Below the pieces are notes generated by a model that was given only the letters and a program-made list of their open reading frames with translations, was not told the DNA's origin and did no database searches. Source: Candidatus Enterousia avicola (GTDB taxonomy: Bacteria; Pseudomonadota; Alphaproteobacteria; Rs-D84). Taken from it: a stretch of 56,877 nt of DNA. The stretch is from NCBI GenBank assembly GCA_018714345.1, contig DVNO01000012.1, forward strand, positions 1 through 56,877, given 5' to 3'. Shown one piece after another: positions 47,670 through 56,629 of the stretch; the stretch's first letter is position 1, and each line of letters begins with the position of its first letter. Position numbers and translations under genes: made by a program.

Positions 47670-50036
47670 TTATTGTGCTACGCACGCACCATTCTGAACG
47701 TTATAACCAGGGTTACAACTTACCAAGCTGCAACCACTCCATGACTGCGTTGTTGTGTTCCATGTCTGTGATGCTGTTGCTGCGTTTGGATCAGAATGCG
47801 TACAAGATTTAGTGCTTGGTACGCAACTGTTGCCTTCTAAATGCTGGCCAGAAGGACAAGTTGTCGCAGACCAACCACCATTCGTATTTGAACTGGACCA
47901 GTTACGAACCCCTTCTATACCGACACTTTTCAAACATGCCTCACGCAATGCCGTTGAGGAGCCTTCTGTTGCATCATTGGCATATGCACCATCCAATATT
48001 TCTGCCAATGTTACGATATTGCGGCATGTGTTCGTTTCATAATCTGTCGTATTTTCACAAATCGTTTTCTTATCATCCTCTTTATCTATTACCGCCAACA
48101 GAGAATTATTAGGTGCGCCACAAATCATTTCTTCATAACAATGTGGAACATTCGATACCTGCGAGCAATATGTCTTTATACGACTGGTGCTCCACGATGT
48201 ATTAGCTGTTTCTTGTGTGGTATAGCAGTCATACAACTCTGACAGACACTGATTAAAGTTAGTACGAGCAGTCGTGTACGCACTAGCAATTGTTTCCTTT
48301 TCTTCTTGTGCAAACTCCAAACGCTTCTGTTGCAATGCCTGTTGTGCTGCAACTTTCTGATAACCAATGTTCTGTGCCGTTTGACTCAACTGTTCACCAT
48401 ATGCATCGCAGTCTGCGTTTGCGTCCAATGCATATTTCTGCATAATGCTGCGACGTGCATCGGCCACAGGTCCACGCAAATCTGCATACGGGTCGCCTGA
48501 CGCCGATGTATAACCAAAGCATGTTGCAGAATTAGACGCTGTATAACCTGTATTTGGTTCAATGAAGTCTAATTCATAACTACCCGTATTGGATACAGAT
48601 ATATAGCTGTTGTAGTTATATGGGCACTGTGAACGACCATTTCCACACTTATTACTACCAGACGGTGGCGTGCCGCAAGCTTCATAAATTCCGTTAAAGC
48701 AGGAATCCAAAACGCGATTGCAAACATTGTTATGTGCATATTCGAACAATTCATAACCCCATGTTTCCGCCAAAGAATCCTTGATAGAATCCGAATTAGC
48801 CAAAGACCCACTAATACCCGCCAAATTACCAACAACATTGGTCAATTCATCAAACGCACTTGTTAATGAATCTTCATCGTCCGTCAAAATAGTCAAAGTC
48901 TTTTCTTTCGCATCAGCCCAAGATTTTAACGACGCCAATATATCACTGCTTGTACCGTCGATATCATCTATGTTAAATCCAAAATTATTGCCACCCACCC
49001 CAGTATCACAATAAGCTGGTTTTGAACACGCTGATAATGTGCCCCCATCTGTGCCATAAATTCCGTGATTGTAACACCATTCAACCGCTTCATCTGAACC
49101 TTCACCGTACTGGCTTGTAACTTCTTTCCATGAAACGCAGTTCATAACTTTTTCTGCATCTGTTAATTGGAACGCTTCGGAAACATCCTTGCCCTTGGTT
49201 GCAATCAACAATGCCAATTCACCAGAAACTTTAATTAATTCTTCATTCGCTTTTTCAAGCGCATCTTCTGCTTCTGCAAATGCCTTTACACGGCCAGCAC
49301 ATGCACAACGACGTTGTGCTGCGTTACGCGCTGTGCAGATTTCGTCCATACACGCATAGTAAGATTCCATACAATTATTATAAGCCTCAGCAGAAATCAA
49401 ACCCGTTGAAGAATCAATAATATTCGAATAATTACCTGTATACAGCTTGTTCTGTAAATAGGTGTACGTATTCGAATTCACAGATGCGTTACTGCCACGA
49501 ATTGCACTGCCCTGCAGTGAAATACGCGCTGCTGTATTCTGTGTTGTGCCAACACGAGACACCACCGCACGCGACGCATTTGCAACGTTCGACGACGTTG
49601 TACGTGAAACTACATTTCTTGACGAAACACCACGAGACGCAGATGTATTAGACGCAGTTGCATTTGCACGAGATACTGTTGTACTTGGCCGACTTGTTGT
49701 GGTCGCCGTTGTTCTAACCGCAGTAGTTGGTGTCGTGGTCGTCGCACGAGAAGTTACACCGCGTGCAACTGTTGCAGAACTTGTCGTACCTGTGTCACGG
49801 GACACGACATTCGACGTTGTCGTACGAGAAGTTGCAGGGCGCGCAGATGTACGCACATTACTGCTGTAACGCGGCGATTGTACTGTGTTCGTCGTCATAG
49901 TATTTGTCGGCGCTATTGGATCTGCAAACACCGCACGAATAGATAAAAATGTTGAACAAACAAAGAATGCCCCAGCCAGTAAAAATACTGTTCCCATCGC
50001 ATTTTTACAATGTTCTGCGAAATTACGGCTTTTCAT
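47670..50036 (-). CDS. large exported Cys-rich protein, paralog of 44222..46792
   Basis: Probable start MKSRN at 50036 (AGGAG 7 nt upstream; alternative start 50114); hydrophobic signal; T/S/R tract; CMESYYACMDEIC...RRCAC; Cys-rich C-terminus. Confidence 0.85.
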   Translation of the reverse strand: MKSRNFAEHCKNAMGTVFLLAGAFFVCSTFLSIRAVFADPIAPTNTMTTNTVQSPRYSSNVRTSARPATSRTTTSNVVSRDTGTTSSATVARGVTSRATTTTPTTAVRTTATTTSRPSTTVSRANATASNTSASRGVSSRNVVSRTTSSNVANASRAVVSRVGTTQNTAARISLQGSAIRGSNASVNSNTYTYLQNKLYTGNYSNIIDSSTGLISAEAYNNCMESYYACMDEICTARNAAQRRCACAGRVKAFAEAEDALEKANEELIKVSGELALLIATKGKDVSEAFQLTDAEKVMNCVSWKEVTSQYGEGSDEAVEWCYNHGIYGTDGGTLSACSKPAYCDTGVGGNNFGFNIDDIDGTSSDILASLKSWADAKEKTLTILTDDEDSLTSAFDELTNVVGNLAGISGSLANSDSIKDSLAETWGYELFEYAHNNVCNRVLDSCFNGIYEACGTPPSGSNKCGNGRSQCPYNYNSYISVSNTGSYELDFIEPNTGYTASNSATCFGYTSASGDPYADLRGPVADARRSIMQKYALDANADCDAYGEQLSQTAQNIGYQKVAAQQALQQKRLEFAQEEKETIASAYTTARTNFNQCLSELYDCYTTQETANTSWSTSRIKTYCSQVSNVPHCYEEMICGAPNNSLLAVIDKEDDKKTICENTTDYETNTCRNIVTLAEILDGAYANDATEGSSTALREACLKSVGIEGVRNWSSSNTNGGWSATTCPSGQHLEGNSCVPSTKSCTHSDPNAATASQTWNTTTQSWSGCSLVSCNPGYNVQNGACVAQ

Positions 50037-50229
50037 AAATGCTCTCCTGTGTTCCGGAAAGGCCCGGAAAACCAAACGTTCAGCGGTTTGGTCTATAATA
50101 AACCACCCACCCATTTTTTACAATTATAACATTTTTACTCTTGTCTGTAAATAAGAAAACCCGGTATTCCCAATGCGGATTTTTTTATTATTGGTTGTTG
50201 TCTCTTTATGGTGTATAATAGTACGGACT

Positions 50230-50793
50230 ATGAAAAAGTTTGTTGCTTTATTTTCAATGATTTTATCAATGCCAGCATTTGCTGATACAACCGTTTATAA
50301 TCCAATGTTTGGCACGAATACGCAGAATTCAATTGCCTTGTATGCTTCACAAGGAACAGGGGCTGGTTCATTATTTAAATTAATTGACCCGTTCATGTGG
50401 GATTTTGAGCCAATGACAAATCTGATGTTGCAATATAGCCAACCTACTGAAATTTTCCGCTTGCCGTCCAGAATAAACTTATCATTCGTTCAAAACTTCG
50501 GGTATCACCATAACCATGGTTTATCTTTTATGGCAATTGGTATCTCTTGGGACGTAGCATTGGTAAACTGGCGTGGGTTCTATATTGGTATAGGAATTGG
50601 ACCGTATATGCGTGATTCCAGAGATTGGTATGTAGCAAGCCGCTTGGTATTTGGTGAAAGATTTTTCATCGGGAAAAACGTATCAGACCGCTGGCACATA
50701 GAATGGTTTACACAACACTTTTCAAACGGTGATTTTACAGAAATAAATCGTGGTTTTAATTTTACTGGTCTGGCAATAAATTACAGCTTTTAA
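50230..50793 (+). CDS. PagL-like lipid A 3-O-deacylase / acyloxyacyl hydrolase beta-barrel
   Basis: Signal peptide, amphipathic strands, QHFSNG...NRG.N, terminal YSF. Confidence 0.78.
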   Translation: MKKFVALFSMILSMPAFADTTVYNPMFGTNTQNSIALYASQGTGAGSLFKLIDPFMWDFEPMTNLMLQYSQPTEIFRLPSRINLSFVQNFGYHHNHGLSFMAIGISWDVALVNWRGFYIGIGIGPYMRDSRDWYVASRLVFGERFFIGKNVSDRWHIEWFTQHFSNGDFTEINRGFNFTGLAINYSF

Positions 50794-50806
50794 AAACAAA
50801 CTCGAT

Positions 50807-50837
50807 AAAAAAATAACGCCCACGAGGGCGTTATTTT
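50807..50837. terminator. bidirectional terminator
   Basis: AAAATAACGCCC-ACGA-GGGCGTTATTTT. Confidence 0.85.
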
Positions 50838-50853
50838 ATTTATATTTCCAAGT

Positions 50854-53514
50854 TTAATTCTTTCTTGGGAATTTGACTGCTGCTTGTGCCGCCGCCAAAC
50901 GTGCAATTGGCACACGGAACGGACTGCACGATACAGAATCAAATCCAACACGATGGAAATATTCTACAGATGCAGGATCACCACCATGTTCACCGCATAC
51001 ACCAAGGTGGATGTTTTCACCCTTGGTCTTACGCGCTTTTGCAACTGCACCTTCTATCAAGGCACCTACACCTTCTTGGTCAACAGATGCAAACGGATCC
51101 GCAACGTAAATACCACGTGCACGATACTCGTCCAAAATCTTACCAGTATCATCACGAGACATTCCCAATGTCGTCTGTGTCAAATCGTTTGTTCCAAATT
51201 CAAAGAATTCGCAACTTTCTGCAATCTGATCTGCCAAGACTGCTGCACGAGGCAACTCTATCATTGAACCAACTTTGTATTCAATGCTGTCACCTGTTTC
51301 AGCAAACAACGCAGCCGCTGTTGCATCAATTACAGATTTAACAATATCTACTTCCTTCTTAGAACCTACCAAAGGAACTTCAATTTCTGGGAATACGTGT
51401 ACACCTGCGTTCTTGCATTCCAGCGCAGCTGACAAGATCGCGCGTGTCTGCATTTCACAGATTTCTGGATATGTAATCGCTAGTCTGCAACCACGATGTC
51501 CCAACATAGGGTTCTGTTCGTGTAATGCCTCTGCACGAGCCTTTACAAATTCAACCGTCTTGCCAATATGCTCTGCCAATTCTTTCATTTCAGCTTCTGT
51601 ATGTGGCAAGAATTCATGTAGCGGTGGGTCAATTAAACGAATTGTAACTGGCAGACCGTCCATGATCTTGAACAACTCAACAAAGTCCGCTTTCTGATAA
51701 GGCAATAACTTTGCCAATGCTGCACGACGACCTTCTTCGTCATCCGCCAAAATCATTTCTCTCATATCCTGAATACGATTTGGTGCAAAGAACATGTGTT
51801 CCGTACGTGCCAAACCAATTCCTTCGGCACCAAAATCACGTGCTTGTTTTGCATCTTTTGGTGTTTCAGCATTTGCTTTGACCTTCAATGATTTGATTTC
51901 ATCAACCCATTTCATCAAAGTACCAAAGTTACCTGTCATTTCTACGGATACAGTTGGAACTTTGCCTTCGATAATCTGACCTTTCGCACCATCAATAGAT
52001 ACCCAATCACCCTCGTTGATCACAGAACCACTTGTTGTCTTCATAGTTTTGGTCTCGTAATCAATTTTAATGTCAGGAGAACCTGATACGCATGGTGTAC
52101 CCATACCACGTGCAACCACCGCTGCGTGTGATGTCATACCACCACGAGCCGTGATAACACCCTGCGCTGCGTTCATACCAGCAATATCTTCTGGTGATGT
52201 TTCAACGCGGATCAGCATTACTTTTTTACCTTCTTTTGCCCACTTTTCTGCATCTTCTGCATTAAATACAGCCTGACCAACAGCTGCCCCAGGAGATGCC
52301 GGCAAACCTGTTGCAATGACGTTCTTTTCCGCCTTTGGATCCAACATAGGATGCAGCAAGTGATCTAGTTGGTCTGCACCCACACGCAGAATTGCCTCTT
52401 CTTTCGTCAGCAAGCCTTCTTCAACCATTTCTACTGCCATACGGACAGCCGCTGCAGCAGTACGTTTACCGTTACGGCACTGCAACATCCACAATTTTCC
52501 GTGTTCAATCGTGAATTCCATATCCTGCATGTCTTTATAGTGCTTTTCCAGTTTTTCACGAACGTCGCACAATTCTTTATATACTTCCGGCATTGCTTCT
52601 TCCAAAGACATACGACCAGAATCATCCTTGCTCATAGGCTGTGGTGTACGAATACCCGCAACAACGTCTTCACCTTGTGCGTTAATCAAATACTCACCAT
52701 AGTACTTATTTTCACCTGTTGCAGGGTCACGGCTGAAGCAAACACCAGTTGCTGAATCTTCACCAGAATTACCGAATACCATCGCCTGAACGTTTACAGC
52801 TGTACCCCAATCACCTGGAATATTGTTTAACTTACGATATGTAATAGCCTTCTTAGACATCCAGCTGCCAAATACAGCACCAATACCTAACTTTAACTGT
52901 TCCCAAGGATCCTGTGGGAAGACTTTGCCAATCTTAACACCGATTTCTTTGAACTTTTCAACCAAATCCTTTAAGTCTTCGGCAGTTAATTCTGTGTCTA
53001 CTTTATAACCCTTGTCTTCTTTCATGCGTTCCAAGGTGTGTTCGAACAAATCAATATCCGCACCCAACACAACGTCACTGAACATCATAATAAAACGGCG
53101 ATAAGAATCATATGCAAATCTTTCATCACCTGAATGCTTTGCCAAAGCTTTAACCGTTTCGTCATTCAACCCCAAGTTTAAAACTGTATCCATCATACCT
53201 GGCATAGAAACGCGTGCACCAGAGCGAACAGAAACCAACAATGGGTTTTCCATATCTGCGAATTTCTTACCCATTATGCGTTCGATATGTGCGATACCAT
53301 CACGAACCTGATCCATCAAATCTGCTGGATAAGTATGGTTATTATCATAGTAGTACTTACAAACATCAGTTGTAACAGTAAACCCGGCAGGTACTGGTAA
53401 ACCAACCAAGTTCATTTCGGCCAAATTAGCGCCCTTACCTCCAAGCAAGTTACGCATATCCGCCTTGCCCTCTGCGGCGCCATTACCGAAGGTATATACC
53501 CATTTATTACTCAT
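50854..53514 (-). CDS. ppdK: pyruvate, phosphate dikinase
   Basis: LLGGKGANLAEM, SVRSGARVSMPGMMDT, GGMTSHAAVVARG, FGTNDLTQ and CGEHGGDP motifs. Confidence 0.98.
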   Translation of the reverse strand: MSNKWVYTFGNGAAEGKADMRNLLGGKGANLAEMNLVGLPVPAGFTVTTDVCKYYYDNNHTYPADLMDQVRDGIAHIERIMGKKFADMENPLLVSVRSGARVSMPGMMDTVLNLGLNDETVKALAKHSGDERFAYDSYRRFIMMFSDVVLGADIDLFEHTLERMKEDKGYKVDTELTAEDLKDLVEKFKEIGVKIGKVFPQDPWEQLKLGIGAVFGSWMSKKAITYRKLNNIPGDWGTAVNVQAMVFGNSGEDSATGVCFSRDPATGENKYYGEYLINAQGEDVVAGIRTPQPMSKDDSGRMSLEEAMPEVYKELCDVREKLEKHYKDMQDMEFTIEHGKLWMLQCRNGKRTAAAAVRMAVEMVEEGLLTKEEAILRVGADQLDHLLHPMLDPKAEKNVIATGLPASPGAAVGQAVFNAEDAEKWAKEGKKVMLIRVETSPEDIAGMNAAQGVITARGGMTSHAAVVARGMGTPCVSGSPDIKIDYETKTMKTTSGSVINEGDWVSIDGAKGQIIEGKVPTVSVEMTGNFGTLMKWVDEIKSLKVKANAETPKDAKQARDFGAEGIGLARTEHMFFAPNRIQDMREMILADDEEGRRAALAKLLPYQKADFVELFKIMDGLPVTIRLIDPPLHEFLPHTEAEMKELAEHIGKTVEFVKARAEALHEQNPMLGHRGCRLAITYPEICEMQTRAILSAALECKNAGVHVFPEIEVPLVGSKKEVDIVKSVIDATAAALFAETGDSIEYKVGSMIELPRAAVLADQIAESCEFFEFGTNDLTQTTLGMSRDDTGKILDEYRARGIYVADPFASVDQEGVGALIEGAVAKARKTKGENIHLGVCGEHGGDPASVEYFHRVGFDSVSCSPFRVPIARLAAAQAAVKFPRKN

Positions 53515-53642
53515 TATGGTTTCTCCTTATTTAAAATGCGTAGAGATTTTGAGAAATATATAATACAAAAGCAAGAAAAAAAGCAAAAAACTAACAATTT
53601 TTTATCTTTACAACTTGATATTCTGGGTATACCTTGTCAGGT

Positions 53643-54224
53643 ATGACGAATTTACACGATTTAGATTTTATCAAAAAATTAAATGAACATTTAGCACGTG
53701 GGGGTGTCATTGCTTTTCCAACCGATACGGTCTGGGGGTTGGGGGCTTTGCCAACCCGTGCTGGTGCAGATGCGATATTTGAAATAAAGCATCGCCCAAA
53801 GCAAAAGCACTTAATCATTATGTCTGATAGTTTTGAGCATATAAAAAAGTATATGTCGGAATATCCAAAACGTGCATTTGAACTAGCCGAAAAATATTGG
53901 CCTGGTGCTTTGACAATTGGCGTTCCTGTGGCTGAAACAGATTCTATGGCGTTTGGCGGGGTGCGTGTTCCTAATTATAAACCGTTCCAGGAATTATGTT
54001 CTGTAATTGATGGGCATTGTTTGGCGACAACGTCTGCGAATATTTCTGGCCAGCCGCCCCTTACATCTGTCGCGGATATACAGACACAATTTCCCGACAT
54101 TATAGTCATAGATAACGCAAAAAATGAAATTCGAGGGAACCCAAGTACTGTTGCCATTCTGGATAAAGATGGTAAAGTGAATGTGGTTCGTGAGGGGGCT
54201 GTAAAACTTACAACCGATATATAA
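53643..54224 (+). CDS. tsaC: threonylcarbamoyl-AMP synthase (YrdC/TsaC)
   Basis: FPTDTVWGL, K.RP, WPGALT, TSANISG and REGA motifs. Confidence 0.93.
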   Translation: MTNLHDLDFIKKLNEHLARGGVIAFPTDTVWGLGALPTRAGADAIFEIKHRPKQKHLIIMSDSFEHIKKYMSEYPKRAFELAEKYWPGALTIGVPVAETDSMAFGGVRVPNYKPFQELCSVIDGHCLATTSANISGQPPLTSVADIQTQFPDIIVIDNAKNEIRGNPSTVAILDKDGKVNVVREGAVKLTTDI

Positions 54225-54228
54225 AGGG

Positions 54229-54651
54229 GTGTTTATAATGAATCCTAAAAATACAATATCTTATTATTTTGCAAAGTTTTTAAACGAACGCGAAGAAAAA
54301 AAGAAGCAGGCAAGTTTTGAAAGAGAGTTTTTGAAAACGGTCGAATCTTCTTTTCCTGGTGCTGATGTAAAGTTTTTAGAAGCTGGCGAAATAATTTTAA
54401 CAACTAAAAAAGCAAAATTGTCTATTAGCATCATAAAAAAAGATATCGTTTTAAAAGAAAAATTTACAAAGCAAGACTTTCTAAGTCATTTTGGAAAAAT
54501 TGTAACTGTAAATGATCAAAAAATACACTTATCTAAATCCACGATGGAAAAATTGATTTTGTTACTGTTTTCCGAAATTGCCGCACGTGATTTTGCAGCA
54601 AAGCAAAAATTAAAAACAACAATTCTAGAAAGTCTATCGTTAGAAAAATAA
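54229..54651 (+). CDS. hypothetical protein
   Basis: 140-aa ORF immediately after tsaC, with an AGGGG RBS-like run. Confidence 0.7.
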   Translation: MFIMNPKNTISYYFAKFLNEREEKKKQASFEREFLKTVESSFPGADVKFLEAGEIILTTKKAKLSISIIKKDIVLKEKFTKQDFLSHFGKIVTVNDQKIHLSKSTMEKLILLLFSEIAARDFAAKQKLKTTILESLSLEK

Positions 54652-54677
54652 TTATAGTGTGTTGTTTCTGAAAAATT

Positions 54678-54705
54678 AAAAAGCCATCCTGTTGGACGGC
54701 TTTTT
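54678..54705. terminator. bidirectional terminator
   Basis: AAAAAGCCATCC-TGTT-GGACGGCTTTTT. Confidence 0.7.
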
Positions 54706-55282
54706 AATTAATAAAAGTTTCACATAAGTTCCACATTTCTGGAAACTGGTGCATATCCCCACTAAAATGGCTTTTATCACTAAATTTATGCACACGCATA
54801 TTTGGATATAGGTCTTGAAGTTTATCACATCCTTTTAAAATCAAGTCACCATAATGGTCGTCAGTTGAATAAAATAAATCTATCGTTTTCATTCGGTTTG
54901 GCAACTTTGGATCCGGTGAAAAACCGTTAAAATATTCTGGGAATTGATGCAACACATCTATCCATGGCGCAACCAGTACTAAATGCCCGATTTTTATTTC
55001 TGGATTTTCAGATAAATATTTAACCAACAGGCCACCGCCACACGAATGTCCTATTAAGATTGTTTTTTCGTTTATTATTTGACGCTGTAAAATATCCACG
55101 TCCGCTGCATAATTTCGTGCCGGCAGCCATGAATTCGTAAAAGACGGGACTTGCGTTGGTACACCCGCAACAATTAATTTTTGTTGTAGCCACGGATACC
55201 AATATGATGCACAAAACGGAATTTGCATTTTATCAAATTCGTCTTTGAACTTAACACCATGACATATTATTGCGTTCGCCAT
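54704..55282 (-). CDS. RBBP9/YdeN-family alpha/beta hydrolase
   Basis: IICHG, WYPWL, GHSCGG nucleophile elbow, LVAP, STDD and catalytic HF. Confidence 0.88.
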   Translation of the reverse strand: MANAIICHGVKFKDEFDKMQIPFCASYWYPWLQQKLIVAGVPTQVPSFTNSWLPARNYAADVDILQRQIINEKTILIGHSCGGGLLVKYLSENPEIKIGHLVLVAPWIDVLHQFPEYFNGFSPDPKLPNRMKTIDLFYSTDDHYGDLILKGCDKLQDLYPNMRVHKFSDKSHFSGDMHQFPEMWNLCETFIN

Positions 55283-55296
55283 TTTCCTTTCCCCTT

Positions 55297-55620
55297 TTAT
55301 TTTGTTCTATTCAGACAAGATTCTCGAAACATTCGCCAGAACACGGCACCTCCGATTTTTTTAGGGCAATTCTTTGCGCTGCATTTTCTCCTACGATTAG
55401 GATTTGCAACACACGTACGTGCAGCCACACGATTATTTAATTTATCTATACCAGCTTTGTAATTATCAATTGCTTCTTCTAAATCATTACTGTTCCAAAC
55501 ATAACATTTAAATATTCCTGGAACCATACGATGTTGCAATAATACGGAAAAACATCTGTCTTCTTGAAAGATTGTCACTTCTCCATTTTTGTTGAAATAC
55601 TTGGCATAAACCTTTTTCAT
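55297..55620 (-). CDS. hypothetical protein (Cys/Arg-rich C-terminus)
   Basis: 107 aa; AAGGA RBS; TTGCGC...TATAAC promoter-like sequence upstream. Confidence 0.7.
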   Translation of the reverse strand: MKKVYAKYFNKNGEVTIFQEDRCFSVLLQHRMVPGIFKCYVWNSNDLEEAIDNYKAGIDKLNNRVAARTCVANPNRRRKCSAKNCPKKIGGAVFWRMFRESCLNRTK

Positions 55621-55675
55621 AAAAAATCCTTTTTTACTACAATTAAACGATATCAGTTATAAGAAAAAGCGCAAG

Positions 55676-55699
55676 AAAAAACCGCCCAACGGGCGGTTT
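55676..55699 (-). terminator. intrinsic terminator
   Basis: AAACCGCCC-AAC-GGGCGGTTT. Confidence 0.8.
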
Positions 55700-56324
55700 A
55701 GTCGTTTTGTTGTACAAAATATTTTTGCAATTTTTCCCAAAAAGAGAGTGTGTTTTTCCCTTTTAAAAAATCTTGCTTTTTTTTACCGTCACTTCCATAA
55801 ACATATAAATCACGAAGTTTTTTATAAGTATTAACCTTTGAAAATTCTTGTGGAGTTAAAATTGCTGTTATACGGTGTGGCACAACTCCCCCAATATTTC
55901 CAACTTTAATTTCTGATTTAATATATCCTAATTCTTTACGTCCTGGGTCAAATGCACGCAAATTACCTTTTTCATCATATACAGCAATAATTTGATGTCC
56001 GTTTATGACCCGTTCTTTTTTACCGTCTTTACGGTCTTGCTCTGCACCGTTTAAATCGGCTATGCGTGCGGTGGTTAGAACAACATGTTTTAAGCCTGCC
56101 TCGGTCGCAAGTTTAGAAAAAACTTTTGATATTCCTGTGCATCCAGCAACAGCACGCGGAATCTTTTGCTTTATGATATCATCGGCCGATAAAGAAAAAT
56201 GCCAATCTATACCACTAACATTATGTTGGCGCATATATTCTACGCGATTATTGGGACCAGCCGCCCTATCAAATATAGCATGCATTTTATCCAGCAAAGA
56301 TTGAATTAGGTTATCTTGATTCAT
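55698..56324 (-). CDS. transglutaminase/papain-like Cys-His-Asp protein
   Basis: GCTGISKVF..LA...GL, GHQIIAV and AFDPG motifs; probable start MNQD at 56324. Confidence 0.7.
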   Translation of the reverse strand: MNQDNLIQSLLDKMHAIFDRAAGPNNRVEYMRQHNVSGIDWHFSLSADDIIKQKIPRAVAGCTGISKVFSKLATEAGLKHVVLTTARIADLNGAEQDRKDGKKERVINGHQIIAVYDEKGNLRAFDPGRKELGYIKSEIKVGNIGGVVPHRITAILTPQEFSKVNTYKKLRDLYVYGSDGKKKQDFLKGKNTLSFWEKLQKYFVQQND

Positions 56325-56361
56325 GAAAGGCATCGTACCATAAAAAAAACAGAATACAAAG

Positions 56362-56384
56362 AAAAAACCGCCCAATGGGCGGTT
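56362..56384 (-). terminator. rRNA operon terminator
   Basis: AACCGCCC-AAT-GGGCGGTT with U-tract, downstream of 5S. Confidence 0.8.
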
Positions 56385-56415
56385 AAAATTCGGTTTTCAT
56401 ATCGAACTGGATTTA

Positions 56416-56531
56416 TTCTGGCGACGACCTACTCTTCCGTGGCTGAAGCCAAAGTACCATCGGCGATACGGGGTTTCCCTGTCTGGTTCGGAATGGAACA
56501 GAGGGTGACTCCCGCTCTATAATCACCAGAA
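56416..56531 (-). rRNA. rrf: 5S rRNA
   Basis: Minus strand TCTGGTGAT...CCATTCCGAAC...CGCCGATGGTACT...GAGTAGGTCGTCGCCAGA; ends approximate. Confidence 0.95.
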
Positions 56532-56629
56532 TAAATCCAGCGAACAATCGTAAATTCTAATCAATCAACATGCTTTGAACTTACTCTTCAAGCATACGTC
56601 TGACTTATCAAAAAGTCAAACAAAAAGAT

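Noticed and set aside
50050-50095. Resemblance to a c-di-GMP-I riboswitch (CAAACC...TCCGGGCCT)
   Set aside because: Lacks the GNRA tetraloop/receptor and GCAAAGC core; kept only as an unclassified structured leader
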